DNA from: the human T2T-CHM13v2.0 reference genome, Homo sapiens
DNA: 64,000 nucleotides
Direction: 5' to 3'
NCBI GenBank assembly: GCA_009914755.4
Contig: CP086569.2
Location: 8,576,001 to 8,640,000 of the forward strand
Within the stretch, counting starts at the first letter, position 1. Every line of letters begins with the position of its first letter. The notes beneath the pieces were generated by a model, which was not told where the DNA came from, did no database searches, and saw only the letters and a program-made list of their open reading frames with translations. This document shows, in pieces, positions 27,820 through 44,860 of this stretch. The translations under genes were made by a program, and so were the position numbers.

Positions 27820-30800
27820 ATAGTCCCATATTTCTTAGAGGCTTTGTTTATTTCTTTTTACTCTTTTTTCTGTAAACTTCTCTTCTCACTTCATTTCATT
27901 CATTTTATCTTCAATCACTGATAGACTTTCTTCCTGTTGATCAAATCGACTATTGAAGCTTGTATATTAATCATGTAGTACTTGTGCCATGGTTTTCAGC
28001 TCCATCAGATCATTTAAGGACTTCTCTACATTGGTTATTCTAGTTAACCATTCATCTAATCTTTTTTCAAGGTTTTTAGCTTCTTTGTGATGCTTTCAAA
28101 CTTCCTCCTGTAGCTCAGAGAAGTTTGATCATCTGAAGTCTTCTTCTCTCAACTCATCAAAGTCATTCTCTATCCAGCTTAGTTTCATTGCTGGTGAGGA
28201 GCTGCATTCCTTTGGAGGGGGAGAGATGCTTTGAATTTTACAATTTTCAGCTTTTCTTCTCTGTTTTTTTTCTCCATTTTTGTGGTTCTACCTTTGGTCT
28301 TTGATGATGGTGATGTACACATAGGGTTTTGGTGTGGATGCCATTTCTGTTGTTTGTTTTCCTTCTACCAGTCAGGACCCTCTGCTGCAGGTCTGTTGGA
28401 GTTTGCTGGAGGTCCACTCCAGACACTGTTTTCCTGGTTACCAGCAGCAGAGGCTTCAGAACAGCGAATATTGCTGAACAGCAAGTGTTGCTGCCTGATC
28501 GTTCCTCTGGAAGCTTCATCTCCAAGGGGTACCTGGCTGTGTGAGGTGTCAGTCTGCCCCTACTGGGTGATGCCTCCCAGTTAGGCTACTCTTGGGTCAG
28601 GGACCCACTTGAGGAGGCAGTCTGTCCGTTGTCAATTCTCAAACTCCATGCTGGGAGAACCACTACTCTCTTCAAAGCTGTCAGACAGAGACGTTTAAGT
28701 CTGCTGAGGTTTCTGCTGCCTTTTGTTTCACTATGTCCTGCCCCAAGAGGTAGAGTCTACAGAAGCAGGCAGGACTCCTTGAGCTGCAGTGGGCTCCACA
28801 CAGTTTGAGCTTCCTGGCAACTTTGTCTACCTACTCAAGCCTCAGCAATGGTAGGTACCCCTCCTCTAGCCTCGCTGCCACCTTGCTGTTTGATCTCAGA
28901 CTGCTGTGCTAGCAATGAGTGAGGTTCTGTGGGCATGGGACTCTCAAAACTATGTGTGGGATATAATCTCCTGGTTTGCCGTTTGCTAAGACCATTGGAA
29001 AACTGTGGTATTAAGGTGGGAGTGACTTGATTTTCCAGGTGCCATCTGTCACAGCTTTGCTTAGCTAGGAAAGGGAATTCCCTGGCCCCTTGCACTTCCT
29101 GGGTGAGGTAATGCCTAGCCCTGCTTTGCCTCACACTTGGTGCAGTGCACTCACTGTCCTGCACCCACTGTCCAACAAGCCCCGGTGAGATGAACCTGGT
29201 ACATCATTTGGAAATGCAAACATCACCTGTTTTCTGTGTCACTCATGTTGGGAGCTGTAGACTAGAGCTGTTCCTATTCAGCAATCTTGTTATTTCATAC
29301 TTATAAATGTAAAATGTTTTTCTTTGAAAGATACCACATTATCCAATTTTTACTTTTTTAAAATTCTTTCAAAGCGGCAATGGGGACAGGGAAATTTTAA
29401 AGCAAGTACTTCACAAGATGATTCCAATTTATATGGAATATTGTTCATTATAAAATTATTTTGTTTTTGAGTAAAATCAAAATATATATGCAAATACGAA
29501 ATAATATAATAAATACTAATTTAACCCCACTTAAAAATAACAGCTATTATTGCATTCTTTGTTCTATTTAAATTACCTCTGGTTCTAATTGGAATACATC
29601 CCATCAGGTTCATTTGCCTTTCTCTATTTCCAGAGTCGCCATTATCATGAGCCTGGTTTTACCTTTATATTTTTATACATTAAGATATGTATTTCTAAAT
29701 AATACTGGTGTTTCATGAGCTTTTAATGTTTATGTGAATATATAAGGTGTGTATTAGTTCACATTTTTTTGTTAACATTCTTATTGAGAGCTGCCATTAT
29801 TGATGGCATAGTTCTCAATCTACTGAATTTTATCATGTTCCATGATGTGCTTATTGAAATGCTCCAATGAAAAACCTTCCCTGTGCCTCTGGGTACACAT
29901 GTATGAGAGTTTCTAATGAGTATACTAGAAGAATGGCTGGACTGCAGTGTGCATACAGTTTTAATTTTGAGGGGATGAAATATTCTTATTAGCTCCCAGG
30001 ACTACCACTTTATTATTGTTGTTAATCCCTGCTAACTGGCTTAACATATGTCTTAGATTTTTCATTTTTAATGAAGTATTATTATAAGTTACATTGGTTA
30101 GAACCAGCATGTGTTTGTTAAATGTTCATTTTGTTTAATAATTATAGCTATTGTCAGGGCTCTATCAGTATGTGAGGAAAATAAAATATTAACAGAATGA
30201 TGACTTGAGTTGGGGGATAAGTGTGAAAATCAACTTTATTTTCCTAACAGTTTATACAAAACATAGTTAATGCTTCTTTTTCAAGTACAGCTTGCAGCAG
30301 AATGCTTGACAATAAATCAATATACGCTGAGTCAGTATTGGCTAGTAATGGCTAGCTTCTTCCAACCTTGCCTGGTGATGGAAGAAGTATTTAACATAGT
30401 TTTTTGTTTGTTTGTTTTTTCTATATGGTTCACTTATGTGACACTGCCAGATCATCATATGGTGGGTTTGGGGAAAATGAAGGAAACAATGAGCTAGATA
30501 TATGTAAATTATGTGCTAGAAATAGAAGCTTAGCACAGGCAGAGTAGTAACTGGTCTGGCCACAGGGGTTTTGTCATCTCTCATATACCTACAACTATTT
30601 ATTTATGGGCTATTTTCTAATGATTTTTTTAAAAATCTGCTTCAGCAGCAATGACTAAAAAATGCAAGTAGATATTTAATTAAAAACAACTCAATTTCCT
30701 TTCCAATCAAATTATGGGTTGAAACATACCTATAAACACATGGTGTAATCATTAAGCCTTGTATTCTGTGATTGGGACCACAGGCTAAAAGTGATATCCG

Positions 30801-33800
30801 GAAATCCAGAATATAGAAGGCTGAGAGGAAAAACCAGCTGCTACTTCAAAAGGTAATACTTAGTTACATCAAGAAAACTATGCCTGAAGATCACATTTTC
30901 ACAGATTTAATATGTGAATATGGAAAACTAAACATATAATTCTGAGATTGTTGGCTTTTTATTTACAACAAATTACTATATTTTAAAATCAATTGTGTAC
31001 ATTTTTTAATTCTAATTTTTCTGCACTTAAGAAATATGCATCAGTAATTTTAATATATTAGCTCCATTAGCTACCGAAGAAATTCTAAAAGAGTTGAATA
31101 ATGCCATTTAGATGTTTCAAACATAAAATTGGATTAAAAAATGGTTTGAATTTTTAATCAATCATTGGAACCGAAGTAATGCTGTTGAAATATTATTGTG
31201 TCAGAAAAAAAGAGAACATTGAATAATATGATAATTTTTTTAAAGTTCACTTGAAAAGCTAAACATTGTTGATAAAATTTATTGGTGACAAAGATAAGTA
31301 AACTTTGGAAAAGCTTACAAGTAACTTTATTTAAAAATCAATATAATATTCAAACAAATGCATTTTCCAGAAAAGAACTACAGATAATTTTGTTAAGAAA
31401 CAGATTAATACTTATAAATATGTTCTAGAATTATTATTCTGTCTCTTATTTGTAATATTTCAATAATAAATATAAAGAAGTTATTTTTTCTGTTTTGCCT
31501 CAGGCTATATAATTGTAGATTTAAATTTTTGAAGGGATTTCATTTCCAAAAATAGTTGGAAGGTACCTATTTCATAGGTCCATTGATATAGTAAAAGAAA
31601 TTGCCTGTAAGGAAATAACATAATAAATATTAAATAATTTTGCATATGTTAGTACTCTTTTATTCTAAAGAAAGTTTCCTAGGGAACAATAAATATTTTA
31701 TTCACCTTAATTTTACTGAATATCATTAGATAGTGGGACTTGTGATTGATGGAACCAAATTACCATTCCTTACATCCTTGACTACACTCGGTGTTATTTT
31801 AATAGTGGCCAAGCAAATTAACAAAAGTTGGAATGTAATGTGGTTTTGATTTATATCCCTGGATTACAAATGAGCTCAAGCATCTAGCCATTTTTCATTG
31901 GTCATTTGACTTTCTTCTTTTCTAAAATGTATTTACCTGTCCTGCTTTCTTCTACTGGGCTAGATTGTCTTTATATTTTCTTTTCTAGTTATTTTGAGTT
32001 TTTTGGACACTGGTAATTTTATGTATGTTTTTCTTATTGATTTTCTGAAGTTTTATAAACCCCCAATATAATTTTTAAAATTTAAGATCTGAAGATTTTC
32101 AAAAAGCTAACTCAGAAGTCATTTGTGGCCATAATGTTAACTTCTAATGAAAAAAATAATTTTGAAACTTTAGCAAAACATACTTTAAAGATACCAATTA
32201 GAAAGCACTGAAGTGCTCAATTCTATCTTTTTAATAAAATTTGCATTTAAATAGTCAATTCAACAAAATACTTTACCCTTATAGTAAGAACCAATTATTA
32301 AATGTTGATTACCTATCTCCTGCATGGTTTTCTAAATATTTCACAATTGTCATTTTGGTAACAATCACTTAGCATATTTGTTAGAATTGCTGGTTTTCCA
32401 GGTCTCATCTCAAATGATTGAACCAGGATTTTGAAGCAAAATAATGAGAAATATCAGGATATATATTTTATGACCCACATAATTATTTGCGGATATTTGT
32501 GAAACTCTGGTCTGACACATAAAATAAAACAACAACAACAACAGCAATGGAAAGAAAACAATCAAACAAAGAACATCAAGTCAGGAATACATACCTTACA
32601 GTCTCCTCACTCCCTACTTCTCAAGTCATATGCCCCTGTCTTCTTTCTCATTCTTGGTAAATACTACTCCATCTATGTAGCACTTCACAGGAGTAATTAA
32701 CCTGCTAGTTTGCAATTTAGCAAAAAGTAAGAAACCTATTTCTGAACATTTTCTTTAGGAACATGGTTCTTGCTATACACTGTGTGTCAGTTAATGCTAT
32801 GGATAGATATAAAATAGCAGTATTTAACAAAAATATTTGACCACTGTGGCAAAATTACCTTCCGTAAATGATCCACTGCTACTAAGATTACATTTACATT
32901 TTGGAGAATGTGCTGACATTTTGAATTTCACATATTCATGGGAGATTGGAAAGTGTCTTCAGATGTCAGTGTTTATAATGTTGAGTTAATAGTTGTATTA
33001 ACCTCAAAATTTTTCTCTATTAAAGCGGTGTGCAGGTATTGGATAAACAGGTATGCCACTGAAGCATAGCTGTGGCTAAAGTTGTAAAAGTTTTTGTGAA
33101 ATTGCACAAGACAACATCTCCACAGCAAATTTAGATTTTTGGCTCACATGGGTGATGTTTGAGAAAAGGACATTTTTTATTCTTAATGATTTCCCAGATG
33201 GTCCTTAAAGCGAGATAACACAATACTGTGGAAAGAGGCAATTCTGTAATCTGACATTAGACTTTAAGATATGCTAACTATTTTGAGAGCCAAATTTCAG
33301 AAGTATGAAGTGGGGTCTAAAATATCTTGTACCTGTGTGTAGAGTTATAAAGATAATATAATAATAATAGATCCTGTTTGCCTTGTGCTTTTCTGTAAAA
33401 CAAAGTCATCATTTAACTTTGTTACTTAGTATAGCTTCGTGTGGGCATTTTTTTAAGGAACATTTATATTGTGATAAAGAAAACAGTAATACTGGCACAA
33501 AATGGTACTTACTCCAACATTGACTTTGAAGAGTTCCAGCTGTTCTGTAAAGAAACTGATGTGAATTAAAAAAGAAATTGGATGATTGAAGATTGTTAAG
33601 GGGCAAGTCTTTATTTACCGAGAAAAATTTTCAGGGAGGACACACAGCCTGTGAAGTGTTGGATGTGAAGGATGAAGACCCATCAAGAAGAGGCTACCTC
33701 AAGGATCATCCTCTACATTTCTAGCTTGAAATACAACATATATAGTGCTGTGAATTTCTGAAATAGTGGAATACTGTAGAGGGAAACACGTTTGGAGGAT

Positions 33801-33837
33801 GAAATGTAATATAATTAAAATAATCCTTACTAACCAT

Positions 33838-33950
33838 TAGAGACAGGTTTCACTATGTTGGCCAGGATGGTCTTGATCTCTTGACCTCGTGATCCACCCA
33901 TCTCAGCCTCCCAAAGTCCTGTGATTACAAGCCTGAGCCTCCACACCTGG
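33838..33950 (-). mobile_element. Partial Alu (antisense, 3' portion)
   Basis: The sequence reads 'gagacaggtttcactatgttggccaggatggtcttgatctcttgacctcgtgatccacccatctcagcctcccaaagtcctgtgattacaagcctgagcctccacacctgg'. Confidence 0.85.
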
Positions 33951-34330
33951 TTAAAATTTTTATTTTTTATTAAAGCCTTTTAAACCTTATTAACAGTATT
34001 TTTCTGATATTATAAACTATTCTCTAATATTTTCTTCTAGCAATTTGGCAGCTTTGGTTTTTACATGTATTTTTAAAATCATTGTCCATGGGGTCTTCTG
34101 TATATCATGACATAAAGATTTATTTTTATATGTGTTTAACAAATGTGTTTAGTCCATTTTGCCTTCAATTTTCTTCTTAGGATATTATTGAATAGTGCAT
34201 TACTTCAGCATTGCTTAGACTGCAACTTCTGTCATAATAGTGTATTTACTTCCAGGTTACTTCTATTTGCAATAGATTTTTACATACTATAATATTTAGA
34301 AACAGCTGTATGGAAGTGTTCACTATTAAG

Positions 34331-34620
34331 CAGAGTCCTCAGCCGGACGCGGTGGCTCATGCCTGTAAACCCACCACTCTGGGTGGCCAAGGGGAATGGA
34401 TCACAAGGTCAGGAGTTCGAGAACAGCCTGGCCAACATGGTGAAACTAAGTCTCTACTAAAATTACAAAAACAAGCCAGGCATTGTGGCAGACAAAACCC
34501 AGTTACTCGGCAGGCTGAGGCAGGAGTGTCACTTGAAACCAGAAGGTGGAGGTGCAGTGAGCTGAGATTGGGTGACAACACTCCAGCCTGGGCAACAAAA
34601 GCAAAACTCCTTCTCAAAAA

Positions 34621-34663
<43 letters not shown>

Positions 34664-34672
34664 GTCCTCTTT
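34331..34672 (+). mobile_element. Alu SINE (sense) with an (AAAT)n-expanded tail
   Basis: Begins 'gccggacgcggtggctcatgcctgtaaacccaccactctgggtggccaagg' and runs to 'ctccagcctgggcaacaaaagcaaaactccttctcaaaaataaataaataaat'. The (AAAT)n tail covers 34618-34672. Confidence 0.93.
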
Positions 34673-36102
34673 TCCATCTTCCTCTTCAATACCATTGTTT
34701 TCCCACGCTTACTGCAAATTCGCCTAGATGAGTCCCATCCCTTTTCAATTCTGTATTTAGAATTAGCTTGTCAACATACAAGCATCTTGCTGTAATTTTT
34801 ATTATTATTGCCTGAAGTTATGTATTAATTAATTTATATATTAATATAGAAAGAGACTTCTTATCATGTGAAGATATTTTAACAATTGCCTAGCACACAT
34901 TTTTATGTATATTTTGACTTCCATTTATGATGCCCTTCAATAAAATTTAGTACTTTTCCTTGAAAATTTTTGTGTTTTTTTATACCATTTATTTTTATAT
35001 GGCTCATAATTTTGTTTGTTCTCATAAATTCTATCAATTGTAATTAAATTCTAATCATATTGGTTAGAATTTTAGGCGCACCTTACCTACATACTTAATT
35101 ACTCAGTGTTTATGTTACCATTTACATTGTTATTTCTAGCTTAGGGATATGTTCCTCCTTATTAATTTCTTTACTCATCTTCTTGAATTTTCCCTTTTGT
35201 GTGAAATTTCCACTTTCCTGAAACTTAACCTTAAGAAATTATTTCAGCAAACAAACTGTTTGTACTACATCCTTTCAATTTTGTATATCATAAAGTATCT
35301 TTATTTCAATACTCACATTTTAACTGTAGTTTTTAAAAATATATTATTTTAGATTATGGCTTGACAAAACCCTGCTTGTTTATGTTTAATTGTTGCTTTT
35401 TAGAAACTTCTTGCTAGTGGAAATGCCATTCAGGTATAGGAAATTTGTCATTATTTCTAGTACCCTTTAAGATAATTTCATTATATTTGGTATCTATTTA
35501 GGGTGTTTTTGTTTGTTTGTTTTGGAGGAGAACAATAAAGCTCTACTCTCTAAGCAAGTTTGTTAAGTATACGGTATAGTATTGGTGACTGTAGTCACCA
35601 CAGGGGAATGTTTTCATGAGCTATGAGTGAAGTCCCAGCTGTCAAGACTTGTGGCATATAATGAGATTCCCTCTCCAGATGTCTCAGATCTGTAATGGTA
35701 TAGCTTATTTCTCCCAGCATTAAATTTTTTTTTCAAAAAAACAATAGTTACAGCCAATGTGGAACTTTTGTACTCTACCTGATGTCTGCAAATGTGTATT
35801 ATCTTGCACTCAATCTGAATGTTCTATATCATACCTATTATCTAATTTTCACTACCACTCTCATAGCCTGTGACAGAGGATCAGTGCAGGGAGAAGCAGT
35901 GGCCATCCTCGCACTCAGCCCAATGTATCAAATGTAAATTATCTGAAAACAGTGTACTTACTTTGCAAATACTGCTTTAAGACATATCTCTTAGCATCTT
36001 ATGTATATTCATTTAAGTTTAGCCCTAATGGATTTCCCAATGACATCGTGCAGACTTATTCTCTATTTCTGTTAAAAAAAATGTTAATTTAATTTTGGTT
36101 AG

Positions 36103-37346
<1,244 letters not shown>

Positions 37347-38105
37347 ATTCCAATTCACAATTGGTTCAAAGAGAATAAAATATCTAGGAATCCAACCTAC
37401 GAGGGATGTGAAGCACCTCTTCAAGGAGAACTACAAACTCAATGAAATAAAAGAGGATATACACCAATGGAAGAACATTCCATGTTCATGGGTAGGAAGA
37501 ATCAATATCATGAAAAGGGCCATACTGCCTAAGGTAATTTATAGATTCAATGCCATCCCCATCAAACTACCAATGACTTTCTTCAGAGAATTGGTAAAAA
37601 CTACTTTAAAGTTCATATGGAACCAAAAAAGAGCCTGCATCGCCAAGTCAATCCTAAGCCAAAAGAACAAAGCTGGAGGCATCACGCTACCTGACTTCAA
37701 ACTATGCCACAAGGCTACAGTAACCAAAACAGCATGGTACTGGTACCAAAACAGAGATATAGACCAATGGAATAGAACAGAGCCCTCAGAAATAATGCCG
37801 CATATCTACAACTATCTGATCTTTGACAAACCTGACAAAAACAAGAAATGGGGAAAAGATTCCCTATTTAACAAGTGGTGCTGGGAAAATTGGCTAGCCA
37901 TATGTAGAAAGCTGAAACTGGATCCCTTACTTACACCTTATACAAAAATTAATTCAACATGGATTAAAGACTTACATGTTAGATGTAAAACCATAAAAAC
38001 CCTAGAAGAAAACCTAGGCAATACCTTTCAGGACATAGGCATGAGCAAGGACTTCATGTCTAAAACACCAAAAGCAATGGCAACAAAAGCCAAATTGACA
38101 AATAG

Positions 38106-38780
<675 letters not shown>

Positions 38781-41700
38781 AGAAAAAGAAAAAGTCAGGA
38801 AACAACAGGTGCTGGAGAGGATGTGGAGAAATAGGAACACTTTTACACCGTTGGTGGGACTGTAAACTAGTTCGACCATTGTGGAAGTCAGTGTGGCATT
38901 TCCTCAGGGATCTAGAACTAGAAATACCATTTGACCCAGCCATCCCATTACTGGGTATATACCCAAAGGAGTATAAATCATGCTGCTATAAAGACACATG
39001 CACAGGTATGTTTATTGTGGCACTATTCACAATAGCAAAGACTTGGAACCAACCCAAATGTCCAAAAACGATAGACTGGATCAAGAAAATATGGCTCATA
39101 TACACCATGGAATACTATGCAGCCATAAAAATTGATGAGTTCATGTCCTTTATAGGGACATGGATGAAACTGGAAACGATCATTCTCAGCAAACTATCGC
39201 AAGGACAAAAACCAAACACCGCATGTTCTCACTCATAGGTGCTAATTGAACAATGAGAACACATGGACACAGGAAGGGGAACATCACACACCGGGGACTG
39301 TTGTGGGGTGGGGAGAGAGGGGAGAGATAGCATTAGGAGATATACCTAATGCTAAATGACGAGTTAATGGGTGCAGCACACCAATATGGCACATGTATAC
39401 ATATGTAACAACCCTGCACGTTGTGCACATATACCCTAAAACTTAAAAGTATAATAATAATAAAATTTTAAAAAAAGAAAAAAACAAGACACAAGACAAA
39501 TATTTTATGCACTTTACATAGAATTAACCCACTATGTCACTTAGAATGCCTGTGTATGTGTAGAAAAATTTGAGTTGCGTGCTCTTTTTTATTATATTGC
39601 CACTATGTCAACAGGTAAAACTTGTGTTCTTTTCCATTAATTAACAAAAATAATGCATGGGTATGGTTGTATCACTTTAAAACTCAAAACAACTTTATTT
39701 TATTTTAAAACATTCAATTTAATTTTGTGAAATCAGACATAGATTTTTAAATATCTTTAAATCAATTTGAAGTCATCTAACTTCTTTTAAATTCAATTAA
39801 GTATATTTTTTTGTTTGTTTTTCGATGGTCTCAAATCTTGCTCCATGTCATTTTCTCAGAGAAAATTAGTAACATAACATCAGCTTTACCAATTCAAAAT
39901 TTTTAGTGCCTTACCTCTGCTTGATCTTAAAGTCTTAGCTCATTTTATTTGTAGTCTACACTGTCTTTATTTCAACTAAATTCTTGAAGATTTCAAAACT
40001 GAGTGGTTAAATAAATTAATTATCACCTATTTCTGTGGTGGAAAGACTCCTACTCAGGGCGCTGGAGATGATACCATTTCACGGTCTAAAGTTTCAAATC
40101 AAAGACAAACTAAATCAGGTTGAATTATTCAGTGCTTTTCATTGGCCACCTGACATTACGGTCCAATCAGTAACATTTTATAGCCTGTATGTTAGGTCAA
40201 AATAAGCATAAGGCATGGTTCAATTGGACTTCTAATTTAAAATGAGGAAAGAAGAAGGGAAGGAAGGAAGGAAGGAAGGGAAAAGGGGGCCATAAAAAGC
40301 TAAAGATAACTTAGAGCTTGTCATCAGCATGAACTCTGTTACTGTATTATTTCATTAAATAAAAAAGCCAAAATGTGTGCTATGCAGGAAGTGTAAATGG
40401 AAGTGGATCTCTGTTATCCATATATTATTCGTAGGTTCTGACTTCAACTGAATCAGTCAAACCCAGCTTGCACCGTATGGCATGACCTGATCATATTCCT
40501 GCAGCTTTTTAAACATGGTTCATTTTTTCTGTTTATGCCTTTATTTCTTCAGTGAGTTCCAGATAGTCTTATTGACTGTCAGTCTCTTATTCACTCTCAG
40601 TTGCTCAGTTTATTGTTTCTATGTTTATTTTTTTGGGGGGGAACTTTGTATTTTAGGAAACACCCCAGTGGCACGTGTCTATTTTCATTTTACTCTGGCA
40701 CTAAGATTGTTGTAGGGCCATCAATCCTCTGTCTTTAGAATTATACATAACCTATGATTTACACACAGTTTGTCATCAAAAATTTGCATTCATTTTCGTT
40801 CAACATCTCTTTCCATTCACTAATTCACCTTCTTGTCTTCTGAATGCTTTTCCAATTGGACTTTGCCAGCCACCTCCACTTTCTAGGAAGAACTTTCTTT
40901 TTCAACAATGTAGATGAGACTGCTTTTCTAACTGCAGTGATGAATCTAATTGGAACTTCATAAATCTTTACAAAATTACAACTCAATACATTCATCGCCA
41001 TCAGTGAGGTACCATTAAAACTATTTTTGTCAAAATAAATCTTGGTTTGGGATGGGCAGAGATGTGGGGATGGACTTTTCCAAAAGAGTACCATCACTTT
41101 GTTTCAGTTTTTAGAATACATTTTTGGGGGTGGTAGAGGGAATAACTGGACTTTTAATAAGTTGGAATAAAACAAACCATCATAATTTCAATCTATAATT
41201 GTAAAAACTTTGGAAGAACCAGTACCCTGAGTTTAAACTATAGTATCATTTTACAAAATTCCTCCTTTTGATAATATAGCATATTTCCTAAAAGGAAAGC
41301 TCTTTAGTCAGATGTATCCTGTATTTACAAATGGCTTTTGAGACTGGTGATTTTACACCAGCACTTACAGTAAGTAGAGTAGAATTATTACTTCCCTAGC
41401 TTTGTGTCTCTCTATATGTCAACATTGTGGGGGAAAGTCTTAAAAAATCAAAACTGATGACTCTAGAGGGAATCCCTCTAATGCCTCAGCTGTTATTAAG
41501 GCACCCCGATGGGAACACTTTAATGGCTCTTGACCATGGCCCTGCTTTCCTAGCCAATCTGCCCCCCTGGATATTCTGTAAGACAAGTATAGACTCTGTT
41601 AACTTTAACTCAGCAGCAAGGTACCTTTTTCTGGCTCCATAGTGCCTACTTAAAACAAAACAAAATGAAACAAAAACATACCAGGCTTATCTTGAATATT

Positions 41701-43057
41701 CTCAAATAAGGCCTCAGTTAAAACAGAAGACAGAAATTTGAGGCCAAATGAAACATTATGTTTTAATTCAGCAGAACTGTCTTCTATTTCTTTATAAGAA
41801 GTCATCAGTTGGTAATGAGAAACCTAGAAAAGTTGTGAAAATTAATTTGCTTCTACAAGAATATGCAATAAATCATCCTTTATAATTTTACTCAAAAGGT
41901 AGGAGAGTGATGGTCTGCATATCATCCAGTATTCTCTTCATTGCAATGAGGTTAAAAGATAGCATGAACAATAATGGTTAATACTATATTTACATTTTAA
42001 CTAAAACGTTAAGGTTTACAATGCATTTTGTTTTACCCTGAAGTGGGTAGCCATTACTCCAACTGTATTAATTTGGATGTGTTTGAGGATTAAATCCATA
42101 ATGTCTGGAACACAGTGTATAGTCATATCTTATTCTTCCTATCTTGTGGGTAGCTGATCCATAACATTTTGAAGAGTTTTGTCACGGATTCATGGGTATA
42201 AATGTGAAATAAGTGAAACTAGTATGTATCTTGAGTATCCTTTATTCTTGCTAGACACAATGTCATGGATGCAGTACCTCCCACAAAGTTTTATGGATCT
42301 CTTCTTCACTAATAAACTATGGCAGAGCTCCAAATTAGTAAAACTCCTCAGAGGAGTTCTACTTTGGGATTCCTGGAGCCTAGGTTTCTGTTCTTTCTAC
42401 AAATTACGGATTCCATTATTTGGTGACAAATCATCTATTTAGTAGCAGTATGTGTTGAATGGTTGTGTAAAGTAAAACTAATAAGCTTTCTAGGATGGAA
42501 AATATTTAAAAAAAAAGATTGTCAAATGAGTCTACTTTTAACAATGGTAACAGAAACTAGCAAGTGCATATGTTGAAGGCAATAACATGCAGAACCTTTT
42601 TGTGGTTTCAGAGGAAAAGATGGCAACCCAACCTCAGCATGATAGCGTGCTTAACTTCAGTAGGATAGTGTTTGTATTTTTAGGTACAGTGTAATTTCAA
42701 CTTTTTTGGGTTGGTAATTACAATTAAGGTAGGTTCATGAATAATCCTTGATGAATGAAAATCAATATCTTATATATAAAAATGATACTACTAGTCATGT
42801 ATTTAGGAATTACAAAATTTGTTCCCTACTGTCAGATATTCATTACCTACAATGAAAACTGTTAAAGAGCACACTTTTCAAAGCAAATGTAAGTCTGTCT
42901 CTGGTTGTATTCATGTGATTGATACGCAATGATTCCTTCTCTCCTAAAGGCTTCTAATGGAGAGAGATCTTTATTGAGGCATATATTAAAATATACTCCT
43001 GATATAACATTATTTATGTCAATATTAAGAAGAATTTTGGGAGGTATTTGTAGTTCG

Positions 43058-43157
43058 TTTCTTCCTTTCTTCTTTCTTTCTCTTTCTTTCTTTCTAATTT
43101 TCTTTCTTTCTTTCCTTCCTTCCTTCCTTCTTTCCTTCTTTCTTTCTTCCTTCTTTT

Positions 43158-43162
<5 letters not shown>
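43058..43162. repeat. (TTTC)n/(TTCC)n polypyrimidine microsatellite
   Basis: Run of 'ttctttctttc...ttccttccttcc'. It looks like an expanded Alu tail. Confidence 0.9.
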
Positions 43163-43432
<270 letters not shown>

Positions 43433-44067
43433 GATGGCTGTAGTTATTTCAATATGCACTAAATAATTTTAACTTAAGGTAACTTCATATTTCTTTGTAA
43501 CATTAAAGAGTCTTTGGATCCAACTTTAAATCTTGAATACAGTTTATTTAACTATTTAGAGTAAGAACAGATATATTTAAGGTAATAATATTGGTTCAAA
43601 TGTATAATTTATGACAGAACATATGCTCTCTACACTGACCATTTCGCAGTTACCTTGTGAAAGATCATAAAGCACCATGGACAAATTCAGGATTCTGTCC
43701 TTGTGTCCTGATTGTTCTTGCTGGGCCTTCCTCCAAATCCTGACTGCCTCACTGACATTCAAGTTTGAGTGGGGCACTGTACATGGTATAAGCAATAAAA
43801 GCTGACCTGCAACTAAAAAAAACATTAATCATATAATCTTATTCACTGTCTTTGTACCACATTATGATACTAATCCCGCTGGGCATAGTTCACTTTCTGC
43901 AATCCTCTTGAATAAGGTCTTTGTTAATAGTTTTCCATGGAAACTTACTTGATCTGGGAAATATATTCCTCTTTGAAATTTAGTTGTGTATATCTGTGAT
44001 GTGTTGATTAATTGCTGGCTCTTTTGCTGCAAGCAACTATGCATGAGATCGAAGCAAAATTACCAAA

Positions 44068-44345
44068 ACACCAGGTGTGATGGCTCACATCTGTATTCTC
44101 AGCACTTTGTGAGGCTGAGTCAGGTGGATAACTTGAGGTCAGGAGTTCGTAACCAGCCTGGGTAATATGGAAAAACCCCGTGTCTACTACAAATACAAAA
44201 ATCAGCCAGACATGATGGTGAATGAAGCCTTTTGTCCAGCTACTCAGGAGGCTGAGACAGAAGAATCACTTGAACTCAAAGGTAGAGATTGCAGTGAGGT
44301 GGGATCATGCCACTGCACTCCAACCCTGTGAGACTCTGTCTCAAA
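44068..44345 (+). mobile_element. Old Alu (AluJ-like), sense
   Basis: Starts 'caccaggtgtgatggctcacatctgtattctcagcactttgtgaggctgagtcaggtggataacttgaggtcaggagttcg' and runs to 'cactccaaccctgtgagactctgtctcaaaaatatatat'. Confidence 0.88.
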
Positions 44346-44739
44346 AATATATATATAATAAAATATAAAAGCTCCAGGATATCATCTTGCCTATGTATCA
44401 TACATCATCATTTAAAGAACAGAACACCTATTTATATAAATGAGACTATACCAGCAATAATATTAAATATAAAAGTTTGATTTTTAAGTTCATTATTAAA
44501 AGGAGCCTTAAGAAGGTGCAGAATGGATAAAGTTCAAATGTGTATCTTTATTAAAATAGGAATAAATTTTTGGATCAAAAGATGAATTAATGTCAGAATT
44601 TGTCAGATGGAATCTCAATATATATGATACTGTGTATTAATACTTTGGCACAGGTGTTTGGAAATTTTGTGACAAAAAGAAAAAATGTAGCATATCAACT
44701 TACCTTGTATTTAACAAAAAATAATCTCTTCATTATATA

Positions 44740-44860
44740 ATATAAACATATTTATATTATATTATATTATATATTTAATATTTAAATATTTAATATTTCA
44801 TGCTTATTTGAATTATAATAAATTTGCCATGGAGAATATTTAAGTGTGTGTGTGTGTTTG
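44740..44860. repeat. AT-rich low-complexity tract ((TATTA)n-like) plus a short (TG)n
   Basis: Tract 'tatattatattatattatatatttaatatttaaatatttaatattt' followed by 'gtgtgtgtgtgtgt'. Confidence 0.8.

Noticed and set aside
29300-33800. Long AT-rich stretch with almost no ORFs, considered as a possible scaffold or matrix-attachment region or satellite
   Set aside because: There is no periodicity or higher-order repeat I could see. It looks like ordinary AT-rich isochore DNA with old, unrecognisable repeats, and I have no positive evidence for a specific function.
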